Of a stretch of DNA of 24,000 bases, positions 15,963 through 23,602 are shown one piece after another. The stretch is from NCBI GenBank assembly GCA_038245615.1, contig JBBRSG010000081.1:1069-25068 (forward strand), given 5' to 3'. The stretch is from Chloroflexia bacterium. Its GTDB lineage: Bacteria; Chloroflexota; Chloroflexia; Chloroheliales; Chloroheliaceae. The position numbers and the translations under genes are program-made. Under the pieces are notes generated by a model that made no database searches, was not told where the DNA came from, and saw only the letters and a program-made list of their open reading frames with translations. How positions within the stretch are numbered: the first letter of the stretch is position 1; the number at the start of each line of letters is the position of its first letter.

Positions 15963-17912
15963 TTAACTATCAGTTGATTTGATATGGTTGAGCAACCCCC
16001 CGTCCAGCAATACCGCCAATTCGCGCTCACTGAGATTGTGATGCAAGGTCAGTTCCAGACTTTTGGTAATGTTTTTGACTACTATTTCGGTGGCGGCCCG
16101 AAGCTGGTCGCGCACCTGGCTAATCTCCAATTGGTCGCCTTGCTCGATGTGGGCATAATCCTCGGCCCTGCCAAAAGTGAGCGGCACAATCCCAAAGTTT
16201 ATCAAATTAGCCCGGTGAATCCGGGCAAACGAGAGCGCCAGCACCGCCTTGACCCCTAGATAGCGCGGAGCTAGGGCGGCATGTTCGCGGGCCGAACCCT
16301 GCCCATAGTTCGAGCCGCCTATCACGAAACTTGGCCCGGCGGCACGGGCGCGGGCCGCAAAAGTCTTATCCACCCGCTCAAAAGTATATTCGGCGATGGC
16401 GGGCAGGTTCGAGCGCAACGGCAGGATTTTCGCGCCCGCCGGAGAAATATGGTCGGTAGTTATATTATCGCCCATTTTGAGCAGTACCGGCCCGCTCAGG
16501 GTGTCTTCTAGCGCCCCAAACCGGGGCAGAGGCTTAATATTCGGCCCGCGCAGAATTTCGACGGCTTCGGCTTCCGCGCCCTCGGTAGCGGGCGACATCA
16601 GTAGGGCATCGTTTATCTCGAAACGTTCCGGCATGGCGATAGTCGGATACTCGCCCAGGTCTCGTGGGTCGGTGATGACTCCAGTCAAAGCAGTGGCAGC
16701 ACAGGTTTCGGGGCTGGCGAGATAAACTTGCGCGTCCGGGGTGCCGCTCCGTCCCTCAAAATTGCGGTTAAACGAGCGGACGGCGACCCCGCCGCTGGAA
16801 GGAGCCATCCCCATGCCGACGCACGGCCCGCAGGCTGACTCCAGCATTCGCGCTCCGGCGGCAATCATATCGCCCAGTCCGCCGCTTCGGGCAATCGTGG
16901 TATAGACCTGGCGCGAACCGGGGCTGACGGTCATACTCAAGTCGGGGCTGATGGCCTTATTTCGCAGAATATGGGCTACTATCGAGAGGTCGCGGTACGA
17001 GCTATTGGTGCAAGAGCCGACTGAAACCTGCTGCACCGCTAACCCGGCGACCTGGCGCACTGGCACGACTTTATCGGGGCTGTGGGGTAGCGCAATCAAC
17101 GGCTCAAGGCTATCGAGGTCAATCTCAATTTGCTCATCGTATTCGGCATCTGGGTCAGCGGCAAAGGGTTGCCAGCTACTCTCACGGCCTTGCGCGGCCA
17201 GATAGCGCCGGGTCTGGTCGTCGCTGGGGAAAAGCGAGGTAGTCGCGCCCAGTTCTGCCCCCATATTGGCAATCGTGGTGCGGTCAATCACTCCTAGCGC
17301 GACGACGCCCGGCCCGAAATATTCCACGATTTTACCAACCCCGCCCTTGACCGAGAGCCGTCGCAACAGCTCCAAAATTACGTCCTTGCCACTGACCCAG
17401 GGCTGCAAAGTTCCCGTAAGCCTGACTCCCAGAATTTTGGGCATCGCCAGATAAAACGGGCCACCGCCCATCGCTACAGCTACATCCAGCCCGCCCGCCC
17501 CGATTGCAAGCATGCCCAATCCGCCGCAAAGGGGGGTATGGCTGTCACTGCCCAAAAGGGTTTTGCCGGGGACGGCGAAACGCTCGGCGTGAACCTGATG
17601 ACAGATGCCGTTGCCGGGCCGCGAGAAATAGATCCCGAACTTTTTGGCGGTGGATTGCAAAAAGCGGTGGTCGTCGGCGTTCTCGAAGCCGATTTGCAGC
17701 ATATTGTGGTCTACGTAGCTAACCGAAACCTCGGTCTTGACTCGCGGAATCCCAATAGACTCGAACTGCAAATAGGCTGCCGTGCCACTGGCATCCTGGG
17801 TCAAGGTCTGGTCAATCCGAAGTGCGATTTCCTGACCAGCTATCATTTCGCCCGAAATCAGGTGGGCCGCCAGGATTTTTCGGGCAAGATTACTTCCCAT
17901 TTTTGCTTTCAA
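15963..17912 (-). CDS. Aconitase-family protein (about 650 aa, Aquifex-type putative aconitate hydratase)
   Basis: Fe-S ligand and active-site motifs GSDSHTP, GSCTNSS and CGPCVGMG, plus a C-terminal swivel domain (GGSNYGQGSAREHAA). The start is either TTG at 17912 or ATG at 17900. AAGGAG lies at 17915-17920 on the coding strand. Confidence 0.92.
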   Translation of the reverse strand: MKAKMGSNLARKILAAHLISGEMIAGQEIALRIDQTLTQDASGTAAYLQFESIGIPRVKTEVSVSYVDHNMLQIGFENADDHRFLQSTAKKFGIYFSRPGNGICHQVHAERFAVPGKTLLGSDSHTPLCGGLGMLAIGAGGLDVAVAMGGGPFYLAMPKILGVRLTGTLQPWVSGKDVILELLRRLSVKGGVGKIVEYFGPGVVALGVIDRTTIANMGAELGATTSLFPSDDQTRRYLAAQGRESSWQPFAADPDAEYDEQIEIDLDSLEPLIALPHSPDKVVPVRQVAGLAVQQVSVGSCTNSSYRDLSIVAHILRNKAISPDLSMTVSPGSRQVYTTIARSGGLGDMIAAGARMLESACGPCVGMGMAPSSGGVAVRSFNRNFEGRSGTPDAQVYLASPETCAATALTGVITDPRDLGEYPTIAMPERFEINDALLMSPATEGAEAEAVEILRGPNIKPLPRFGALEDTLSGPVLLKMGDNITTDHISPAGAKILPLRSNLPAIAEYTFERVDKTFAARARAAGPSFVIGGSNYGQGSAREHAALAPRYLGVKAVLALSFARIHRANLINFGIVPLTFGRAEDYAHIEQGDQLEISQVRDQLRAATEIVVKNITKSLELTLHHNLSERELAVLLDGGLLNHIKSTDS

Positions 17913-17923
17913 AGCTCCTTTAG

Positions 17924-18028
17924 CAGTGGTCAGTAGGCTAGTTTTGAGTTAAAATACCAATCACTAGCCGCTTTACTCAGTTCTCAGCCCTTAGCCCTGT
18001 CTTTCTCTGACCACTGACCACTGATCAC
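17924..18028. repeat. Intergenic repeat element copy D
   Basis: CAGTGGTCAGTAGG at 17924-17937. TAGTTTTGAGTTAAAA at 17939-17954. TTTACTCAG at 17972-17980. CTGACCACTGACCACTGA at 18007-18024. The ends are inverted repeats (CAGTGGTCAG / CTGACCACTG). Colinear with copy E. Confidence 0.8.
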
Positions 18029-18030
18029 AT

Positions 18031-18723
18031 TCATCCCCATTCCAAATGTTGATTGAGCCAGTTTCCGAAATCCTGCCGACTTTCGGGGCTGGTAGCGTGG
18101 GCAATCGGATATTCCTGGTAAGTGACATGGACTCCACCGACTTCCAGTATTTCGCGCACTTCGCGTCCAAGTCCCACTTTAAGCATTTGGTCCTCGATGC
18201 CGTGCGCCAGAAACGCATTTTTGTCCTTAAAGCATCCCGCCGCGATTTTTTCGGCATATTCCGGGCTGATGAAGCCGCTGTGCGGCAAAATTCCCGCCAG
18301 CTTATCAGGATAGGTCGCCGCCAGCATCAGGCTCATGGCCGCGCCTTGACTAAAACCACCTACGTAAATTTGGGTAGGGTCTACCTTCACCCCGGATAGG
18401 TCGCCCAACTGGTCAAGTAACTGCCCCAACTTCTCAAGGCTGACATCGCGCAAGCCGGGGTCGGGGCGGGCCGGTTTCGTCCATTCGTACCACTTCCAGC
18501 TACCCCGCGGATTATCGCTGACTATCCCAGGGCCACGCGGGGCCACAATCAGCACCCGTTTATCTACAAACGGCACGAGTTCGTATATATCACTTTCGTT
18601 TGCGCCCCAACCGTGAAGCATAATCAGGGCCGGATGTGCGCTTGGGCCAGGCTCAGGCCGTCGTATCAAGGCTGGTAGCGCCCCACTGGTAATCAACTCC
18701 GTTCCGCTTATATCAGGTTCCAT
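18031..18723 (-). CDS. Alpha/beta hydrolase (phospholipase/carboxylesterase, Abhydrolase_2-like)
   Basis: Oxyanion region MLHGWGANE, nucleophile elbow GFSQGA, late acidic residue and His (GIEDQ..., PIAH). AAGGAG lies 8 nt upstream. Confidence 0.85.
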   Translation of the reverse strand: MEPDISGTELITSGALPALIRRPEPGPSAHPALIMLHGWGANESDIYELVPFVDKRVLIVAPRGPGIVSDNPRGSWKWYEWTKPARPDPGLRDVSLEKLGQLLDQLGDLSGVKVDPTQIYVGGFSQGAAMSLMLAATYPDKLAGILPHSGFISPEYAEKIAAGCFKDKNAFLAHGIEDQMLKVGLGREVREILEVGGVHVTYQEYPIAHATSPESRQDFGNWLNQHLEWG

Positions 18724-18830
18724 ATTTGCTACTCCTTATTAACCACCGCCAGCCCAGATAAGGCTATACTTGACATAAATACACTAACCAACTACCAAAG
18801 ATTACCATTCAAGAATCTACTTGATTAAAT

Positions 18831-19553
18831 CTAGTCTTTCAGCGACTTTAGCACGTTTTTGAGAAAGATAGCTTCCGGGACTGCGCCTTCCACCTCGACT
18901 TTTTCATTGAAAATAATTTTCGGAACGCCGTAGACATAATATTGCTGCGAGAGTTCCTGAAATTCGTTGGCCTCGACAATATCCGCCGTGATGTGAGGAC
19001 TGACCATAGCGAAGTGGTTTGCCATCCGCACCGCGGACGGACAATAACTTCAGGTAGGAGTGACAAACACCACGATATTCACCGGCTGATTTATTTCGCC
19101 GACTAAGCGTCGAGTATTTTCGGTCAGGGTGGTTTGGCCTTTGGACAGGTCTATCAGGTTTTCGACCAGCGTACCGAATTCGTAGCCACTGGGAATCCCG
19201 AAAAAGCGGGACTGCCCGGCTAACTTTTCAGCCCGATAAACCGCCGCGGGCAATAGCGAACCGTCCAGCCCGACCGCTTCGGCGGCTTGCTGGCCGTCGG
19301 GGCTATCCAGATCATTAAATTTTAGGTTGAGCTGGGGAGCGATTTCGGTCAGTTCGGCATAAAGCTGGAAAGCGGTGCGGCAAGCCTCCCCGACCATCAG
19401 GGCTGCATCCTCGCTCTCCGGGTCGAATAGCTCGGCGGCCTCAGCCGTATGAAAACTTCCCCGTGAGAAAAACTCGATTTCAACTGGCTGTTCCAGTTCT
19501 TGCCCAAAATGCTGCTCTAAATATTCGCGGTCTTCTTCCCCGATAAGCGCCAT
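18831..19553 (-). CDS. Two-domain thioredoxin-fold protein (PDO / glutaredoxin-like domain family) with in-frame TGA read as selenocysteine (U-S-Y-C); 240 aa
   Basis: The tracked ORFs 19050..19553 and 18831..19031 are in the same frame, separated only by the TGA (19050-19052) and six sense codons. The joined sequence reads ...VNIVVFVTPT-U-SYCPSAVRMANHFAMVSPHITADIVEANEF...YGVPKIIFN...VEGAVPE. This is colinear with the second CPYC domain of Pyrococcus PDO-type proteins (VFVTPTCPYCPLAVRMAHKFA...), recalled from memory. Confidence 0.8.
19019..19044 (-). promoter_or_regulatory. Candidate bacterial SECIS hairpin downstream of the TGA
   Basis: mRNA: UGA-AGUUA-UUG(U)CCGUCCG-CGGUG-CGGAUGGCAA. The 7-bp upper stem includes one G-U pair. 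A 3-bp lower stem lies after a bulged U. The GGU-containing apical loop starts 16 nt after the UGA. Confidence 0.6.
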
Positions 19554-19578
19554 TTCTTTAGTCTACTTTCTTTTTTAG

Positions 19579-19700
19579 CAGTGGTCAGTGGTTAGTAGGG
19601 TAGTTTTGAGTTAAACTGCCAAGTATTACCTATATTTACTCAGCACTTAGCAATCAGCACTCAGGACTTTTCTGACCACTGGACACTGACCACTGACCAC
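19579..19700. repeat. Intergenic repeat element copy E
   Basis: CAGTGGTCAGTGG at 19579-19591. TAGTTTTGAGTTAAAC at 19601-19616. TTTACTCAG at 19635-19643. CTGACCACTGGACACTGACCACTGACCAC at 19672-19700. Colinear with copy D. Confidence 0.8.
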
Positions 19701-19757
19701 TTTTATCCCGACAATTGTAACCCAGGCAGGCGGTTGGCGCAAACCGGGGGTGTCTCG

Positions 19758-19766
19758 TGGTATAAT
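19758..19766 (+). promoter_or_regulatory. Candidate extended -10 promoter (TGgTATAAT) for the GT39 gene
   Basis: TGGTATAAT at 19758-19766, with a second TATAAT at 19773-19778. No good -35 element. Confidence 0.35.
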
Positions 19767-19831
19767 CGCGGCTATAATTAGGTATGGGATAACTTAAATC
19801 CAAAACTCGCTTTTCAGGACTTTTCAGGATA

Positions 19832-21607
19832 ATGGAGCTAAAAGACCAAGCCGGGCAAGTTTTTGATATAGCTACGGTGGCCCAATCCGAACACGCCGCT
19901 CGCACCACTCTGCTTTGGCGGCGGCACTGGGTTGGGTTGACCCTGAGCGCAATTTTGATATTAGCGGCGGGGCTGCGTTTATTTGTGCTGTTCAAAACCC
20001 ACTTTATTGCTGATGGCGATGAAGCCCTGACCGGGGTGATGGCGATAGATATTCTCAAAGGCGAAAGGCCGATTTTCACTTATGGACAGGCCTATATGGG
20101 GGCGGCGGAAGCTTATTTCACTGCCGCCATATACGCGATACTGGGGGTGTCGAGTTGGGGCATGAAAATCGCGCCGCTGTTGGCCTCGCTAGGGGTGATA
20201 GCTCTGAATTACGCGGTAGCCCGGCGCTATCTGGATCATCCGCTGGCGGGGTTGGGGGCGGCGGCTCTGACGGCGTTCCCCTCGCTCTATTTCTTGATGA
20301 TTGGGCTGCGGGCCTGGAATCACTATATCGAAACCTTGCTAGTCGGCAATCTCTTGTTTTTAGTGAGCTATAGCCTTATCTGGGGGAAAGCCGCCGATAT
20401 AATCGTGCCGCGCTTTTGGGGCTATGCCAGCCGGGAATGGCTTCAATGGGGTTTGCTTGGCTTACTGGCGGGCTATGGCTTTTACGGGCATATGATTATC
20501 GTCTATTACTATTTGCCGATAGTCTTCTTTTTGTTCCTGAAAGATAAGCTCTTTGCCGTGCGCCTAACCGCCCTGGCGACGATTGGTGGGTTCTTCCTCG
20601 GCAGCTTGCCCTGGTGGGTCTATAATCTGCAAAATAATTGGGCCACCCTCACCTATTTTCTTCGACCATCAGGCCGTAAAGAGGCCGCTTTAGACGTGTT
20701 GGGCCATTATGCTCAATTTTCATGGCCGCTCGCCACCGGCGGTTTTAATTACTGGTATCTGACCAGCCCGGTGATTAGCACTTTTCTGAATGTAGTCTTT
20801 GGGCTAGGTCTGGTGGGTTGGCTGGTAGCTCGCTGGCGGGGGCTGGCGGGCTGGCTGCGGTTGTCGCTAAAGCCCGCCCAGCCAGTAGATTTGCTTTTGA
20901 TGTTCGTGCTGGTTTCACCTCTGATTTACGTGGTCTGGGGAGTGGGCAATGTGGCTTTCACCGATTTGGATACCACCGGGCGCTATTTACTGCCCTTGCT
21001 GGGTATTCTGCCGGTCTTGGTTGGGGGTGGCCTTGCCCGACTCGCCGAAACCTTGTCTTCTCGTCTGAAATGGACGACTGCGCCCAAAAAATGGTTGCCG
21101 TTAGCTCTGGCGGGTCTGGTATTGCTGGGGATTATTAGTTCAAACCTGTATATGTACCGCTTCGCCGACTTTATCGCGGTCAGTCAATCACCCTATTTTC
21201 CGCAATTGCGTCCGCCGGTGGATAACGGCCCGCTAATCAGCTATCTCAAAAGCCAGGGAGTCGAGTATGCCAATTGCAATCATTGGGTCGGGCATCGGCT
21301 GATTCTCGATTCGGCAGAGGCGGTCAAGTGCGTGGATTATCACGATTTGACGGTTGGCGGTCTTGACCGCTTTCCGCAATACAGCAAAATTGCACTCCAG
21401 CCGGGCCAAAAAGTGGCCTTTGTTCTGCTCAATCTGGACGATGGTTTGCCGGGGCGGGAAGGCGCAGCCCTCGGCATGGAAAACCGTCTCAAGGCTCTGG
21501 GAGTAACTTATACTCGCCAGGATTTCCCGCCTTATTTGGTCTTCATCCCGACTTCGCGCCCGGTCAGCCCGACTGAGGTAGTGGAACAGATAAGGTATCC
21601 GTTTTAG
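19832..21607 (+). CDS. GT-C fold membrane glycosyltransferase (family 39 / ArnT / PMT_2-like)
   Basis: 591 aa and highly polytopic. Acidic first-loop motif ADGDEALTG directly after TM1, with a ~140-aa C-terminal soluble domain. Confidence 0.82.
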   Translation: MELKDQAGQVFDIATVAQSEHAARTTLLWRRHWVGLTLSAILILAAGLRLFVLFKTHFIADGDEALTGVMAIDILKGERPIFTYGQAYMGAAEAYFTAAIYAILGVSSWGMKIAPLLASLGVIALNYAVARRYLDHPLAGLGAAALTAFPSLYFLMIGLRAWNHYIETLLVGNLLFLVSYSLIWGKAADIIVPRFWGYASREWLQWGLLGLLAGYGFYGHMIIVYYYLPIVFFLFLKDKLFAVRLTALATIGGFFLGSLPWWVYNLQNNWATLTYFLRPSGRKEAALDVLGHYAQFSWPLATGGFNYWYLTSPVISTFLNVVFGLGLVGWLVARWRGLAGWLRLSLKPAQPVDLLLMFVLVSPLIYVVWGVGNVAFTDLDTTGRYLLPLLGILPVLVGGGLARLAETLSSRLKWTTAPKKWLPLALAGLVLLGIISSNLYMYRFADFIAVSQSPYFPQLRPPVDNGPLISYLKSQGVEYANCNHWVGHRLILDSAEAVKCVDYHDLTVGGLDRFPQYSKIALQPGQKVAFVLLNLDDGLPGREGAALGMENRLKALGVTYTRQDFPPYLVFIPTSRPVSPTEVVEQIRYPF

Positions 21608-21663
21608 AAGGTCGTTAGGGATTAGGGTAATTAAACGGCAATTATACCTTGCCAGCTTTGAGC

Positions 21664-22062
21664 TTAACCTGAAAACTCTGAAGACCTCCACGCCATTTCC
21701 TGAAATACCCACGAGTTGCCATCAAGGTCGCTGAAGGAAACAACCTTAACGCCCCCACCATGGTCCTCAACCTCGCTCACTTCAACCCCCCGCCCCACGA
21801 GGGCTTCGCGGGCTTTGCCTACGTCGGCTACCACCAAATGCAAGGCCTTGACCGAGCCAGGCGGCATTTTAGCAATTTCAGACATCCCGGTCCCAATAAC
21901 GATTGAACAAGCCGACCCAGGGGGAGTAAGTTGGACAACCCGCATACCATTACCAGGTTGAACATCCAGGTCGAGGTTAAATCCTACTTTGTCCATATAG
22001 AAGGCCTTAGCCTGGTCAACGTCAGAAACTGGGATCGGTACAAGCTCAAGTTTCATATCCAT
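21664..22062 (-). CDS. VOC-family (glyoxalase/bleomycin-resistance/dioxygenase fold) protein
   Basis: KLELVPIPVSDVDQAKAFYMDKVGF...HLVVADVGKAREAL...FSDLDGNSWVFQE. The start is probably the ATG at 22062 (AAGGAG 11 nt upstream) rather than 22092. Confidence 0.85.
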   Translation of the reverse strand: MDMKLELVPIPVSDVDQAKAFYMDKVGFNLDLDVQPGNGMRVVQLTPPGSACSIVIGTGMSEIAKMPPGSVKALHLVVADVGKAREALVGRGVEVSEVEDHGGGVKVVSFSDLDGNSWVFQEMAWRSSEFSG

Positions 22063-22159
22063 GGTTATTACTGCTCCTTTAGCTCTCATCATCGGATTTT
22101 TGTTAGAACATTTGTATTATAACCCAACAAAAGGCAACAGTCTTGTATAAAATGGCAAG

Positions 22160-22837
22160 TTATTCAGACTTATGCCTCTGGACAATTTGAGCCGGGGTAT
22201 GGCCGATCCATTGCTTTAGCGATCTGGTCAGATGCGGCTGATCGAAATAGCCAGCCTGATAAGTAGTGTCGAGGATAGAAACGTCTTGTTGTAAGAGGGC
22301 CACCGCCTTTTGAGCGCGTTTCATTTGATGAATGTGGCTTTGGGTCAAGCCAGTGGCTCGCAAGAACCGATGTCGCAGGGTGCGGGATGATAAGTCTTGA
22401 GGTTGGTCTTGTAAGACAGCGTTCACAATGGAATCACACATTAGCACATTATTCCGTACTAGCCGGTCTACAAAGGTGTCCGCATTTTCAAAGTCTGGAA
22501 ATTGCCAGGCCGAACCATTCAGCCAGAAGGATTTACTCGCCGCTCCCGGCAAAATCGTTTCGGTATCCAGGAAATCCTTTGCCGATAGATGAGGCATAAA
22601 GGTGCCAAGTTTAAACTTTATCCAAAGAAGTTCAGCGCCTTCAGGCCAAGACACAACCCCCGCCGCCGTCCATGGACCAACGACCAATATTTGGGCCTTG
22701 CCATTATGTTTCACGAGAACCAGGTGCCAATGGCACTCGGCGGGACGAATAGTAGAACCATCGCTCATAGTTCGACCCTGCGTAATTGTTTCTACATAAG
22801 GCGAGTCTGATAGCCTTTGCTCATAGATAATGCTCAT
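22160..22837 (-). CDS. AraC-family transcriptional regulator
   Basis: C-terminal HTH_18 (FDQPHLTRSLKQWIGHTPAQI). Start at the ATG at 22837 (MSIIYEQRLSDSPYVE...), with GGAGGG 8 nt upstream. Confidence 0.88.
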   Translation of the reverse strand: MSIIYEQRLSDSPYVETITQGRTMSDGSTIRPAECHWHLVLVKHNGKAQILVVGPWTAAGVVSWPEGAELLWIKFKLGTFMPHLSAKDFLDTETILPGAASKSFWLNGSAWQFPDFENADTFVDRLVRNNVLMCDSIVNAVLQDQPQDLSSRTLRHRFLRATGLTQSHIHQMKRAQKAVALLQQDVSILDTTYQAGYFDQPHLTRSLKQWIGHTPAQIVQRHKSE

Positions 22838-22938
22838 ACTTTTGGCCCTCCGCCAATTTTGACCCAATCAGCCAACGGCTCTAAATTTAAGCACACTTAT
22901 TCTATTAAAGCAAACTGATACTAACCTCTAACCTTCCG

Positions 22939-23034
22939 TTACTCCTTTTCTTCCCATTCGAGAGCGGCTAAAATTTCCAGGACACTGATGACGGCGACGG
23001 TGGCAATCATACAAACAACTAACGTACCAATCAC
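22939..23034 (-). CDS. Candidate 31-aa single-TM small protein (not in the ORF track)
   Basis: A GTG at 23034 is preceded by GGAG with an 8-nt spacer. Translation (M)IGTLVVCMIATVAVISVLEILAALEWEEKE, stop at 22939-22941. It lies 101 nt upstream of the chosen araC-like start (22837) on the same strand. Confidence 0.3.
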   Translation of the reverse strand: MIGTLVVCMIATVAVISVLEILAALEWEEKE

Positions 23035-23310
23035 TTTAGAATCTCCTCGTAAATCCGGCTATATCCAGCCTTATCAATTCGGCTTGGGCTTTGTCAATAC
23101 TTTCAGGTCTAATTCGCTATCGGAGCGTTTGGTTTTCCCGATGGTTATATTATAAAATATCCGAGGTTTTGGCACATTGAGCTTTGTGCTATTTTTCACA
23201 CGGAAGAAAGACCGAGCCAGTCTAATCCTAAAGACCTATTCCGATTGCGTGAGGTACATCACAAACTTTGGAACAATTTATGGTAAAATTACGTTATTAT
23301 AATATAGTAG

Positions 23311-23319
23311 TGATATAAT
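23311..23319 (+). promoter_or_regulatory. Candidate extended -10 promoter (TGaTATAAT)
   Basis: TGATATAAT at 23311-23319 in an AT-rich ORF-free stretch, ~50 nt upstream of the 63-aa ORF. Confidence 0.35.
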
Positions 23320-23368
23320 ATTGGTATCCAAAAGATTTTAGGTTGCCGCAAAGTGAAGGAGCAAAGCA

Positions 23369-23560
23369 GTGTTGAGGAAAGCTTACATAGCTCAACTGCA
23401 TCAGCATCTGGATGAGATGCGTAATAATGGAGATTTGACCGAAACGCCCCATACCAGCCGTAGTAATAGTGCCGTCGCCGAAAAACCGACCAAAAAGGTC
23501 AAGTTTTTGCGGATTCTGACCGGCAAAAAAGGCCAATCCAACACTCACTGGGATAGTTAA
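23369..23560 (+). CDS. Candidate 63-aa hydrophilic, basic small protein
   Basis: A GTG at 23369 has GAAGGAG at 23355-23361 (7-nt spacer). A candidate promoter lies upstream and a hairpin immediately downstream. No family recognised. Confidence 0.45.
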   Translation: MLRKAYIAQLHQHLDEMRNNGDLTETPHTSRSNSAVAEKPTKKVKFLRILTGKKGQSNTHWDS

Positions 23561-23561
23561 A

Positions 23562-23602
23562 TAGTTTTGAGTTTTGGGTTTTAATTCAGCTAACTCAAAA
23601 TT
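23562..23602. repeat. Repeat-family fragment F forming a hairpin
   Basis: TAGTTTTGAGTTTTGGGTTTT at 23562-23582. TTTTGAGTT (23565-23573) pairs with AACTCAAAA (23592-23600). It sits between convergent genes and overlaps the GntR-family stop codon. Confidence 0.5.

Noticed and set aside
16281-17936. Plus-strand ORFs of 62-132 aa opposite the aconitase gene.
   Set aside because: They are shadow ORFs antisense to a gene with intact Fe-S ligand motifs.
18831-19553. Reading the split ORF pair as a nonsense-mutated pseudogene, or as two separate small genes.
   Set aside because: The interruption is a single in-frame TGA exactly at the redox Cys position. The downstream part keeps full family-level conservation and is followed by a SECIS-like hairpin. 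The 66-aa fragment lacks its own RBS and would start with GTG inside the conserved CPSAVRMA segment. Pseudogene status remains the fallback if the genome lacks Sec machinery.
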